Below are positions 37,140-46,436 of a stretch of DNA of 64,000 bases, piece after piece. Source of the DNA: Candidatus Aenigmatarchaeota archaeon (lineage in GTDB: Archaea; Aenigmatarchaeota; Aenigmatarchaeia; Aenigmatarchaeales; Aenigmatarchaeaceae). The notes under the pieces are model-generated. The model worked only from the letters and a program-made list of their open reading frames with translations. It was not told where the DNA came from and ran no database searches. Every line of letters starts with the position of its first letter. Position 1 is the stretch's first letter. A program made the position numbers and the translations under genes. Where the stretch lies: contig JAZDKZ010000007.1 in the NCBI GenBank assembly GCA_043802485.1, positions 1 to 64,000 on the forward strand, written 5' to 3'.

Positions 37140-38150
37140 TTATCCAATCTGCCTCGCCAGTTCTGCAATCTTTTCAGGATCTATGTGAGGGACTGTCTCG
37201 CCCATGAACTCAAGATAGCCCTCCCAGACCTTCAGCGCCTTGTTCATTGGAGCCCTTGGGAACACCCTGAACTGGTTGCAATAATCATCATCCTGAGCTG
37301 CCGAGAGGTTCACGATATTCATCTGGTCGCTTATCTCGCTCACTATGCTGACAGACCTCTGCAAGAATCTGGCCACAGCATCCGTCTCTTTCTCGCTCAT
37401 CGTTACGAATGATGGGCTTTCAAGGTTGATTATGACAAGTTCCACCTTGCCAAAGACAGGCGACCATTCGACGTACAGAACAGTCTTCGACTCCTCATCA
37501 AAGTCAACGACCATGTCAATATTGTTCATAGCTTTGACCCAAGACTTCCAGTAAGCGCGGTTTGACCTTTCCATCGAAAGCTGGGTTCTTGCCAAAGGCA
37601 TGTCCTCGCAGTGGAATTGACCATGGAAATGCTCCAGTGATGCGGCTGCCTTTGAGCCGAAATTATTATGAAGTGAAACATAACTTTTCTTGGTCAGCTT
37701 ACCTATCTTTTTGACAAGGTTCAGGCTGTCGAGCCAGTTCTCCATTGTGAGGTCCTTTGGACGAATGATGTGCTGCTTGTAATTGTAAACGACGACACCG
37801 TGGATTTCGCCACTGGTGAACCAGTTAGAAAACGACATGGAATCGTTGAGAAAGTACTGCTTCTCAAGCCCTGTTTCAGGAGCGAACTTGGCGCACTTTT
37901 CCGGGTCGCAGAACATGCAATCGTCGGACAGAATCTTGGGCCTTAGGTCGGCTGTTATCTCCAGCTTCCTCATCTCCCTTCCAGGCGCGACCCTTGACTT
38001 TGAGAGAAACGCAGGGTTGTCCCTTATCTTTATGTCGAAAGATACCGGACCGCCAGTCGGGTCAAGAACATGGGACGTTATGTCCTTCTCCAGCGCTCCC
38101 AAATCAGTTGCTTGGACGTCCTTCAGATACGCGTCAAGTTCTTTTAGCAT
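37140..38150 (-). CDS. GalT-like HIT-family nucleotidyltransferase
   Basis: CMFC Zn site and AAASLEHFHGQ (HxHxQ) motif. Confidence 0.75.
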   Translation of the reverse strand: MLKELDAYLKDVQATDLGALEKDITSHVLDPTGGPVSFDIKIRDNPAFLSKSRVAPGREMRKLEITADLRPKILSDDCMFCDPEKCAKFAPETGLEKQYFLNDSMSFSNWFTSGEIHGVVVYNYKQHIIRPKDLTMENWLDSLNLVKKIGKLTKKSYVSLHNNFGSKAAASLEHFHGQFHCEDMPLARTQLSMERSNRAYWKSWVKAMNNIDMVVDFDEESKTVLYVEWSPVFGKVELVIINLESPSFVTMSEKETDAVARFLQRSVSIVSEISDQMNIVNLSAAQDDDYCNQFRVFPRAPMNKALKVWEGYLEFMGETVPHIDPEKIAELARQIG

Positions 38151-38191
38151 AACAATAATTTATTAACCTTTATTAATATCTTATTCTTACA

Positions 38192-38276
38192 GTCCCCATA
38201 GTTCAATGGATAGAATTGCTCCCTGCGGTTCCTTAGCAGAAAGGAGCAGATTTGGGTTCGAATCCCAATGGGGACA
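38192..38276 (+). tRNA. tRNA-Arg(GCG) with 13-nt canonical intron (38229-38241)
   Basis: Acceptor GTCCCCA/TGGGGAC, anticodon stem GCTCC/GGAGC, TTCGAAT loop; BHB helix CTGC/GCAG. Confidence 0.92.
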
Positions 38277-38305
38277 TTAATATTTACAAATTTCATATTC
38301 TTTTT

Positions 38306-38596
38306 ATGGCAATAAGGTCGCCGCTGGTCATCCTGTTCGAACTACTGGCAAGTTTGATATTGAATATAATCGAGAGCTTTGTGACCATATACACCAAGCT
38401 GATAGAGCTGTTCGTCACGCTGGGCTTTATTTCAGGCCTGAGCCCGCTGGGCTTTATAGTCGCCCTGTTCGTCGGGTCGCTGGTAGTTTATTTTGTGATA
38501 AAGTTCGTGTTCGGCTCTTCGAGAATGCTGGTGTTCATATTCCTGTTCTACTTTGCAATACTGGTGCTGTTATCGATATCAATGCTATTTGTTTAG
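38306..38596 (+). CDS. Small membrane protein
   Basis: Hydrophobic ORF; start moved to MAIRSP to clear the tRNA. Confidence 0.7.
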   Translation: MAIRSPLVILFELLASLILNIIESFVTIYTKLIELFVTLGFISGLSPLGFIVALFVGSLVVYFVIKFVFGSSRMLVFIFLFYFAILVLLSISMLFV

Positions 38597-39277
38597 TTCC
38601 CTTGAGACCTCGAGAAGTAGCTTTTCTGTCTTTGATGTGTCGTACTTGTGCTTTGTCACAAACTCAACCGAGGTAACGAAACCGTCCAGGGTGAAGCTTG
38701 GAGTCACCTCGATGTAGGCTTTGGACGACCTGGCAAAGCCTCTTAACTTCCTGTTCCTGTTCAAGAGCTTGCTGGCCTCCTTGTTCTTGCCGCTGAGCAA
38801 CGCCACTATTCTGGCTATGCTCACCGAGAAGATGTAGAATCCCAGAACAAATATTACCACCAGGAACGATGCCCTCAGCGGTATCATGTTCGGGGCTTCG
38901 AACAAAGTTGACATTATGAGATACGAAGTGTACAGAAGGAAAGTGCCTAACAGGAAGAGGAACCCGACCTCTATGGGCATGTCCCTGAAATCTGCAGGCC
39001 TGAACCTTTTCTCGTTCTTGTCGTATTTCACCCACAAGTCCCTTGGCTTGAAGAACGACCTAAATAGGAACGAATGCCCGAAGGTGACCTCCTCTATCTT
39101 GACGCTTCCTTTTTTCTTCCTCTTCGTGCTGTCCACGAACCTTGCCAGGCACGCTGCCAGGAAGACTGCCGACAGTATGGCGAAGATTCCAGCTATCGCT
39201 GTCGAGAACGGATAGAAGATGAAGATGAATACGAAGGACGCTGCGAACAGGCCTGTCAAAAATCTTAGGGTTTTCAT
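38585..39277 (-). CDS. Membrane protein, hypothetical
   Basis: Four TM segments, host-like codon usage. Confidence 0.75.
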   Translation of the reverse strand: MKTLRFLTGLFAASFVFIFIFYPFSTAIAGIFAILSAVFLAACLARFVDSTKRKKKGSVKIEEVTFGHSFLFRSFFKPRDLWVKYDKNEKRFRPADFRDMPIEVGFLFLLGTFLLYTSYLIMSTLFEAPNMIPLRASFLVVIFVLGFYIFSVSIARIVALLSGKNKEASKLLNRNRKLRGFARSSKAYIEVTPSFTLDGFVTSVEFVTKHKYDTSKTEKLLLEVSRELNK

Positions 39278-39365
39278 ATACTTTATAGAGAATTTTTGGC
39301 TTATATTAGTTTGTGAAAGAGGAAGACAAACGAATATAAATTGGTATTATTTTATATAATATTTT

Positions 39366-39911
39366 ATGAGTATTTTCAAGAAATTAAATAATTTTATTTG
39401 TAATACATCGACTCATATAATTGCAGTTTTTTATACTCTTTTATTTATTCCGTTAACTCTTCCTTGGTTCATTTTATTAAATTTAAGTTTTTTATCATCA
39501 ATTCTAATATCATTTTTATTCATATCAGTTCACAGAATAATTGACTATTATTCTACATACATTTTTTCAAAGGAATTTGATAGGGATTTTCGTAAATATA
39601 AATTAGAAAAATATTATAGAGAGATGTCTCCACTTTTACCAAAACATCCTACTAAAAGAAGCATATTTTCTTATAAAAATATATTTTTAACTTTATTTGT
39701 TTTTGTAATTCTTTTTGGATTGCCTACATGGTGGTATCAATCGTATGATTATGGTACTACAATATGCTTTTCATTCTTGATGTCAATACCAATTATATAT
39801 TTGAACAACACGCTGGTAACATACGACATAAGGAATTCTAAGAGAATCGCTAAAGAGGTTGAAAGTTGTAAAAGAAACGATAAAAAGAAAAAAATAATCC
39901 TTAAATCCTAA
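39366..39911 (+). CDS. Very AT-rich membrane protein, hypothetical
   Basis: 181-aa ORF with TM segments; strongly AT-biased. Confidence 0.65.
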   Translation: MSIFKKLNNFICNTSTHIIAVFYTLLFIPLTLPWFILLNLSFLSSILISFLFISVHRIIDYYSTYIFSKEFDRDFRKYKLEKYYREMSPLLPKHPTKRSIFSYKNIFLTLFVFVILFGLPTWWYQSYDYGTTICFSFLMSIPIIYLNNTLVTYDIRNSKRIAKEVESCKRNDKKKKIILKS

Positions 39912-39930
39912 TTTCTCCATATTCTCTTCC

Positions 39931-40260
39931 ATGATAACGTTCGACGATTTCCAGAAAGTGGACATAAGGATTGGAAAAATCCTGTCAGTGGAGGACGCGG
40001 AAACAAGGAAGCCCATGTTCAAGATAAAACTAGATTTCGGAGAGCTGGGCATCAAGCAGACCATAGCAGGACTGAAAGATTTCTATGAAAAGGAAGAACT
40101 GGAAGGCAAGATGGTCGCAGCCGTGGTAAACTTGGAGCCAAGGAAGATGGGACCGGAAGTTTCAGAATGCATGATAATGGCCGCGGTCGTGGGCGACGAC
40201 GAGAAAGTGACAGTCCTGAACCCGCAGAGCGACATAGACCCTGGCGCCAAGGTCTACTGA
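39931..40260 (+). CDS. tRNA-binding OB-fold protein (Trbp111/CsaA/MetRS-C-like)
   Basis: ITFDDFQKVDIRIGKI, VVNLEPRKM, SECM. Confidence 0.92.
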   Translation: MITFDDFQKVDIRIGKILSVEDAETRKPMFKIKLDFGELGIKQTIAGLKDFYEKEELEGKMVAAVVNLEPRKMGPEVSECMIMAAVVGDDEKVTVLNPQSDIDPGAKVY

Positions 40261-40832
40261 TATATCTTCAGAACGTGGGCAAGCACGACGACAGCAAAGG
40301 CAAACCCAAGGGAAACAGCAATGTCCACCCAATGAGTAAGAACGTGACCCATGCTCCATTCTACAGACTCCCTGCCCAGGTACCATGCCACATTATCCAA
40401 AGCCAGGTACATCATGAACAAGGTGAACAGCACTAAAAACAGAAATATCTTTCTCAGCTGATTCAGCGAACCAAGCAGACCACCAAGCATGCCGAACACA
40501 GCACCTATGGCAGCCAGCATCACTACAGAAGCGAAAGGTATGCCGCTGATGCTGAAAGGTGATATCGAATTCTCGATGGAAGCTGAAAGCGATACGCCGT
40601 AGACAGTGGGAACAGACATGGCAACAATGCCTAAAGCAAGACCGCCTATAATGCCTACCAAGAAACCGTTCTTGGCTCCGTCCAGACTCTTAACCTTGAA
40701 GCCTGCGTAGATGCCAGCGACAAGCGCAGCTACCACCAGGGCCCATGAAAGCAACGGAGCGACAAGAAAGCCTATGAGAACTGACCAGACCATGTATATC
40801 AAAGAGCCGATGACAATCTTGTGGACATTCAT
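40254..40832 (-). CDS. Multi-TM membrane protein (paralog of next gene)
   Basis: Gly-rich TM helices; ALDNVAW...W.MGHV..HWVDI. Confidence 0.8.
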   Translation of the reverse strand: MNVHKIVIGSLIYMVWSVLIGFLVAPLLSWALVVAALVAGIYAGFKVKSLDGAKNGFLVGIIGGLALGIVAMSVPTVYGVSLSASIENSISPFSISGIPFASVVMLAAIGAVFGMLGGLLGSLNQLRKIFLFLVLFTLFMMYLALDNVAWYLGRESVEWSMGHVLTHWVDIAVSLGFAFAVVVLAHVLKIYQ

Positions 40833-41449
40833 CTTTTCTCATCCTTCTTGAACAGGTTCATAATATAGGTAAGAACTGTGACAAAGGCAGCGAATATCAC
40901 GGCAACAATGATGTCAATCTCGTTATGAAACACATGGGAAAAGCTGTCCGTCCAGGTCCAGTTTGGAGTCTGGATGTTCCAGGCAGCGTTGTCCACGGCT
41001 CCCAAAAGTATGAAAAGGAAGAACATGACCGCAAACAGGAAACCCGGCTTCAGTATCCTTATCGTCCCGAGCAGTCCGCCCACAGAACCGAACAGCAGCC
41101 CTATCACCGCAAGCATGGTGGCTGAAAAAAGATACGAGGAAGGCGTTATCGAGCTTATCAGAGGAGCCAAATGCTCAGTTATGGATATGGAAATGGGTAT
41201 GCCGAACACTTCCTTGACACTTGATGACACCAAACCAGTGGCAAGGCCTCCAGCCAAGCCTGCGATCAGGCCGTTGGCCATGCCATAAACAAGACTGGAG
41301 CCGTAGCCAGCGTAGACCCCAACAGAAAAGGCGGCTATTATGGCAGCATACGGTTCGAGTTCGGGCACAAAGTAGCCTATCAATATAACAGAGATGCTGA
41401 ACAGCGCTGCTCCGTACACTATCTTGGCAGAATTAAGCTTTTGATCCAT
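40829..41449 (-). CDS. Multi-TM membrane protein (paralog of previous gene)
   Basis: Gly-rich TM helices; AVDNAAW...W....HVFHNEIDI. Confidence 0.8.
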   Translation of the reverse strand: MDQKLNSAKIVYGAALFSISVILIGYFVPELEPYAAIIAAFSVGVYAGYGSSLVYGMANGLIAGLAGGLATGLVSSSVKEVFGIPISISITEHLAPLISSITPSSYLFSATMLAVIGLLFGSVGGLLGTIRILKPGFLFAVMFFLFILLGAVDNAAWNIQTPNWTWTDSFSHVFHNEIDIIVAVIFAAFVTVLTYIMNLFKKDEKR

Positions 41450-41508
41450 CCAGATTAACCTTTGGAATGATTTAAATATAAAATCAATATATTAGATTTA
41501 GTGAATTT

Positions 41509-42048
41509 ATGGTTGATTTGTGGATAGAGTTCGTGAAAGCGCTTCTGATACTGCTTCCCGCCTTTGCGGCGAACGCCTTCCCGCCTCTTGCAAAAGGCAA
41601 AAGACCCATTGACTTTGGAAAAAAGCTGTTAGGCAACAGGATTTTCGGGGACGGCAAGACCATCGAAGGCTTCATCCTTGGAACAGCAGCAGGCTTCCTG
41701 GTCGGAGCAGTAGAAACCTTGCTGTATCCGAACCTTAACGCGTACGCGATGCAATATGGAGTCACGCTGCCATTGATGACGATGACAGTCGGCTTTCTGA
41801 TTTCATTCGGGGCATTGATAGGAGACCTTGTAGGAAGCTTCTTCAAGAGAAGGTTCGGATTGGAGAGAGGAGCCAACGTTCCTTTCCTGGACCAATGGAA
41901 CTTTATAGTGATGGCAGTGCTGTTCTCGATCTGGTTCACAGAGATAAGCATCTGGATGTTCGTCATAATGCTGTTAACAACCCTAATTGTTCATAGGGCA
42001 GCCAACATCATAGCGCACAGGCTGAAGATAAAGAGGGAGCCGTGGTAA
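41509..42048 (+). CDS. carS: CDP-archaeol synthase
   Basis: PAFAAN..P, PIDFGK, RIFGDGKTIEG, GDLVGSFFKRR, PFLDQ, C-terminal KREPW. Confidence 0.93.
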   Translation: MVDLWIEFVKALLILLPAFAANAFPPLAKGKRPIDFGKKLLGNRIFGDGKTIEGFILGTAAGFLVGAVETLLYPNLNAYAMQYGVTLPLMTMTVGFLISFGALIGDLVGSFFKRRFGLERGANVPFLDQWNFIVMAVLFSIWFTEISIWMFVIMLLTTLIVHRAANIIAHRLKIKREPW

Positions 42049-42049
42049 A

Positions 42050-42736
42050 ATGAGAGTTGATTGCCACTGCCACACCATCTACAGCAAGCATTTCTTATGG
42101 GGCTATGACTCCATAAGCAGGCCAAGGGATCTGGTAAAGGCTGCTGTAAAGAAGGGCCTTGACGGCATAGCTGTCACAGACCACGACAATATCAAGGGCA
42201 GCCTTGCCACCAAGAAGGTAGCAAGAAGCTTCAAGGGCTTCACAGTTTTAACTGGCTCTGAGATCAAGACAAAAGAAGGCGAGATACAGGGTCTTGGAAT
42301 AACAAAAGACGTGCCAAAAGGCTTGAGCATTGAAGAGACTGTAGAAAGAATACATGACCTGGGCGGCATAGCAGTCGCTGTCCATCCCTACGGAAGCTAC
42401 ATCTTCAGGAAGGGCGTCGAGCTGGGAGCAGTAAAGGCCGACGCCATAGAGATATTCAACGCCTCCAACCTTTTCGAGTACTCGAACGTGAAAGCAAAGA
42501 ACCTGGCCAGAAGATACAGGAAGCCTGTGACAGCAGGAAGCGACGCGCATAGCACAAGGGAAGTGGGCAACGCAGGCATAGTATTCGACGGCGACCCTCT
42601 GGAAGCCATAATGAAAAAGAGATTAAAGGTATTCGGCGAGAAGAACTCGATGGTCGACATGGCAAGGCTCATGTCAAAAAAGTTCATGCGCTCGACTGAA
42701 TGGAGACTTTTAAGAAGAAGAGGCAAACATTTCTAG
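42050..42736 (+). CDS. PHP-domain phosphoesterase
   Basis: DCHCHT, AVTDHD, VHP, AGSDAH. Confidence 0.92.
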   Translation: MRVDCHCHTIYSKHFLWGYDSISRPRDLVKAAVKKGLDGIAVTDHDNIKGSLATKKVARSFKGFTVLTGSEIKTKEGEIQGLGITKDVPKGLSIEETVERIHDLGGIAVAVHPYGSYIFRKGVELGAVKADAIEIFNASNLFEYSNVKAKNLARRYRKPVTAGSDAHSTREVGNAGIVFDGDPLEAIMKKRLKVFGEKNSMVDMARLMSKKFMRSTEWRLLRRRGKHF

Positions 42737-43198
42737 CACCCAACCCATGCTGTAGAAGCCTGCATAAGCAACCAATAAATGCAGGGCAATCTTGCCTATC
42801 AGGGTCGCCAAAAAGAATTTCTTGAAAGGATACCTCACGGTTCCAGAGAATATGCCTATTATGTCAAATGGTAACGGTGTAAACGCAAATATCATTATCA
42901 TGAAAAAACCACCATATTTTTCAAAATGCTTCTCAAGATTTTTCATGTCCTTCTTCCACCTTCTTTCTATAATCTTCTCCCCTCCAAAACCAAGAGCATA
43001 GGACGTCATCTCGCCGATGGCAGAGCCAAGGCCTGCAAACAGACCCACGAGTACCGGGTTCAGAAATGAACTTGAGGCGAATATCACTGCGATTGAGGGC
43101 AGGGGAAATATTATGGAGGACGAGCCTATCATGCTGATTAGGAAAGCCCCGCCATAGCCGTACGCCTTCAGCAGCAAATAGAAGAACTCAAAGTTCAT
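42710..43198 (-). CDS. DedA/VTT family membrane protein
   Basis: GSAIGEMTSYALG, TPLPFDIIG, FFLATLIGK. Confidence 0.88.
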   Translation of the reverse strand: MNFEFFYLLLKAYGYGGAFLISMIGSSSIIFPLPSIAVIFASSSFLNPVLVGLFAGLGSAIGEMTSYALGFGGEKIIERRWKKDMKNLEKHFEKYGGFFMIMIFAFTPLPFDIIGIFSGTVRYPFKKFFLATLIGKIALHLLVAYAGFYSMGWVLEMFASSS

Positions 43199-43250
43199 TT
43201 AAACACTGTTAAATTATATAAGACGAAACAAATATAGTTTATAGGTTAAG

Positions 43251-43844
43251 ATGCTCTACATAAAGAGAAAGTATTTCGACGAACTTGGGAGAAGGATAGG
43301 AGAAACTGTGGGAAGGCTTCCTATAACGCCCAACCAGTGGACTATGTCCAGCCTTCTTATTGTGCTGTTAAGCTTCTATTTTCTGGTAACCCAGAACTTT
43401 ATCGTGGCAGGCATAGTCTTCCTGATAGCAGCCTCAGTGGACATGATAGACGGCTCTGTGGCAAGGGCAAAGAGAAGGGTGACTGTCTTCGGCGCATACC
43501 TTGACACCATCATAGACAGGATAATAGAGTTCGTGATAATACTGGGCCTTTTGCTGATTCCATATCCGGACTTTATCATGCCAATGAACATCTGGCTCTT
43601 CGTGATGCTGTTCAGCTCTTTGATGGTGACTTACATCAAAGCGGCTGCAACAGAGAAAAGAATAGTGTTAGGTGGTATGAAGGGTGGAGGCCTGTTGGAG
43701 CATCCGGACAGAATGATTCTCATAGCAGCAACCATAATCGCGTCTCATTTCTCGTTCGAATACGCGTCCTACCTGATTGCCATAACCACAACGCTCATAA
43801 TAATAACAGCTGTCCAGAGATTCCTCATAGCGATAAGAAGATAA
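43251..43844 (+). CDS. CDP-alcohol phosphatidyltransferase (archaetidylinositol-phosphate-synthase-like)
   Basis: ITPNQWT; DMIDGSVAR......FGAYLDTIIDR signature. Confidence 0.92.
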   Translation: MLYIKRKYFDELGRRIGETVGRLPITPNQWTMSSLLIVLLSFYFLVTQNFIVAGIVFLIAASVDMIDGSVARAKRRVTVFGAYLDTIIDRIIEFVIILGLLLIPYPDFIMPMNIWLFVMLFSSLMVTYIKAAATEKRIVLGGMKGGGLLEHPDRMILIAATIIASHFSFEYASYLIAITTTLIIITAVQRFLIAIRR

Positions 43845-43867
43845 ATGACTAAAACAGATTTGATTCC

Positions 43868-44206
43868 ATGAAACAGGCCATCGTAATCAGGACCGACTTG
43901 AAGATGGAAAAAGGCAAAATAGCAAGCCAGTGCGCCCACGCTTCTGTGTCGGCTTTCTTGGAGGCGGACAAGAAGAAGAGCGACGCATGGCTGAAGCAGG
44001 GCATGAAAAAGATTGTTCTGAAGGTGGAAAACGAGAAGGAACTGCTCAGCATGTGTAGGAAGGCCAAGGCAGAGAAGCTGCCGTGTGTGATAATAACCGA
44101 CGCAGGCATGACCCAAATAGAACCTGGAACCCTGACAGCACTGGGTATAGGGCCTGATGCTGATGAGAAAATAGACAAGGTAACAAATAGACTCAAGCTT
44201 CTGTGA
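43868..44206 (+). CDS. pth2: Peptidyl-tRNA hydrolase Pth2
   Basis: [29 protein letters not shown]. Confidence 0.97.
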   Translation: MKQAIVIRTDLKMEKGKIASQCAHASVSAFLEADKKKSDAWLKQGMKKIVLKVENEKELLSMCRKAKAEKLPCVIITDAGMTQIEPGTLTALGIGPDADEKIDKVTNRLKLL

Positions 44207-44210
44207 TAAG

Positions 44211-44402
44211 ATGAAAAAGAAAAGCAAATTCATGCTGAAACTAACGGAGAACTACCTCAATGCGGTCATGGTCCTTGTTCTGGCAGTTCTGGTCGTCCAC
44301 TCGATAGTCTACAGGGACGCGTTAACAACAGTGCTGGCAGTCATATGGGTATTAACAATACCGTTCCTAGGAACCTTTGTGGACATGAAATCGAACAAGT
44401 GA
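44211..44402 (+). CDS. Small membrane protein
   Basis: 63 aa, two TM segments, tightly packed in the operon. Confidence 0.65.
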   Translation: MKKKSKFMLKLTENYLNAVMVLVLAVLVVHSIVYRDALTTVLAVIWVLTIPFLGTFVDMKSNK

Positions 44403-44406
44403 TTTA

Positions 44407-45198
44407 ATGATAGAAGAATTCATCAATGACAACTTCCTGAATCCTTTGTGCCATTACTATACGACAGTTGGAACCCTGACATACGGCATCATCCTTATAA
44501 CAGCTGTCTGGCTGACTTACAAGCTTCTCAGAAGGCTGAAGATAAAGATTGACAAGAGGTTCTTCATCGCCTTGCTGCCGTTCATAATCTACGGCGGCTG
44601 GACTCGAGCATTGCGGGACCACCTACTGGGAATTTATCAAAGCAAGCTCTTCTGCTCGCCGCCGATATACTTTTTCATATTCGCCATAACCCTAGGTTCG
44701 CTGCTTTTAGGCCTGCTATTGGAAAAGAAGCTCAAGATTCCGTACGAAAGGACAATGATGGCAATAGGCTCGCTGTTGCTAATCTACAACATAACACTGA
44801 CGCAGATAAGCAACTTTGACGGCTTCTTCATCATAGTCGGCCTGGTGAGCTTGTGGACCTTGATATTCTTCGGCATAAGCCACTTCAAATCAAAGTGGCT
44901 GTCGAGTGTCAACGCAGGAATTCTCGTATCACACCTGCTGGACGCAAGCTCGACATACACCGCGTTGACATATTTCGGCTACTATGAGCAGCACGTGCTG
45001 CCGAGTTTCCTCATCGATATTTTCGGGGCTTGGGTGATGTTCCCGCTGAAAATCTCGGTGGTGTGGACAGTCCTTTACGTCATTGACCAGTCAAAAGAGG
45101 ACAAGTTCTTCAAGAGGCTGATGAAGATAATAATATTGATTCTCGGCTTAGCTTTAGGCATAAGGGACTTTCTGACAGTCTCTATGTTAAGCTATTAA
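44407..45198 (+). CDS. DUF63 family membrane protein
   Basis: TLTYG, RALRD, SPPIYF, HLLDASSTY, YYEQHVLP, LGLALGIRD. Confidence 0.85.
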   Translation: MIEEFINDNFLNPLCHYYTTVGTLTYGIILITAVWLTYKLLRRLKIKIDKRFFIALLPFIIYGGWTRALRDHLLGIYQSKLFCSPPIYFFIFAITLGSLLLGLLLEKKLKIPYERTMMAIGSLLLIYNITLTQISNFDGFFIIVGLVSLWTLIFFGISHFKSKWLSSVNAGILVSHLLDASSTYTALTYFGYYEQHVLPSFLIDIFGAWVMFPLKISVVWTVLYVIDQSKEDKFFKRLMKIIILILGLALGIRDFLTVSMLSY

Positions 45199-45229
45199 AA
45201 CTTGCCCGAAAAGATATTATTGTGTGTAA

Positions 45230-46435
45230 ATGGCAGACCTTGTAATAGACATTGTTAACAGCATCTTTGCCATAAGCGGCATATACTTCACAGTCCTATT
45301 CATAATGCTGTTCTTCTCGCACGAAAAAAAGCTTTTCAAAAGGCCTAAGATGAAAAAGTTCCCGTCAATAAGCATCATAGTTCCAGTCTTCAACGAAGAG
45401 TGTATAATAGAGAAAACGATAAGCAACGTCAAGGCGATGTCCTATCCAAGGGAGAAGGAAATAATAGTGGTGGATGACGGCTCGACCGACAAGACGTTTG
45501 AAATACTGAAAGGCATCAAAAGCATTAGGGTCTTCAGGAAGAAGAACGGCGGCAGAGCCAGCGCAGTGAACTTCGGCCTGAAAAGAGCAAAAGGAGAAAT
45601 AATCGTCCGAATAGACGCGGATTCCTTCCCAGAGAAGAATGCTTTGATGAAAGCGATACCTCATTTCGAGGACAACGTTGCATCTGTGGCAACAACCGTG
45701 CTGATAAAGAGCCCAAAAGGCCTGCTGGAAAAGCTGCAGGACCTGGAATACATCATGATCGCCTGGTCAAGGAAGATTCTAGAGTATCTGGATGCCATAT
45801 ACGTCACGCCAGGAGCCATGAGCTTCTACAGGAGGGACGCGCTGCTGAAGGTCGGCGGCTTTGACGAGAAGAACCTCACAGAGGACATAGAGATAGCATG
45901 GAGGCTGCTGAAGCACAAGTACAGGATAAAGATGGCCCTTGACACTGTAGTATACACAAAGCCCCCGAACACCATGAGAAGGTGGTGGGACCAGAGGATA
46001 AGGTGGAACATAGGAGGCATGCAGACCTTCCTAAAGTACATAAACCTCTTTTTCAGCAAAAAGTTCAAGAACGTGGGCATGCTGCTGCTGCCCTTGTTCT
46101 CAATATCGTACGTGCTGAACCTGATAGGCTTCATGTTCACAGGCTATGTCTTCCTGAGAGGAGCAGAATATCTCGTAGGCGCCTACATATTTGGCTTCAA
46201 CCCAATCAGGATATCGCTGGTGCTTATACCTGACATGTTCGTCTTCCTTGCTGTATTCTCTTTCATGCTTGCCCTGGTTTTCATAAAGATAAACTTCAGG
46301 ACAATGAAAAGGATAGGCATACTGCCTGTGAAGCTGGCCAATTTCATGGTGTATCTTTTCATTTATATCCTTTTGTCGCCATTAAACCTTTTACACAGCA
46401 CAATAAAATTTTTGACAGGAAAGTACAAGTGGTAA
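45230..46435 (+). CDS. GT2 processive glycosyltransferase
   Basis: VPVFNEE, DDGSTD, DAD, TED, QRIRW. Confidence 0.93.
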   Translation: MADLVIDIVNSIFAISGIYFTVLFIMLFFSHEKKLFKRPKMKKFPSISIIVPVFNEECIIEKTISNVKAMSYPREKEIIVVDDGSTDKTFEILKGIKSIRVFRKKNGGRASAVNFGLKRAKGEIIVRIDADSFPEKNALMKAIPHFEDNVASVATTVLIKSPKGLLEKLQDLEYIMIAWSRKILEYLDAIYVTPGAMSFYRRDALLKVGGFDEKNLTEDIEIAWRLLKHKYRIKMALDTVVYTKPPNTMRRWWDQRIRWNIGGMQTFLKYINLFFSKKFKNVGMLLLPLFSISYVLNLIGFMFTGYVFLRGAEYLVGAYIFGFNPIRISLVLIPDMFVFLAVFSFMLALVFIKINFRTMKRIGILPVKLANFMVYLFIYILLSPLNLLHSTIKFLTGKYKW

Positions 46436-46436
46436 A

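Noticed and set aside
38252..38305. ORF start inside tRNA-Arg
   Set aside because: Overlaps the tRNA 3' end; the downstream ATG at 38306 is preferred.
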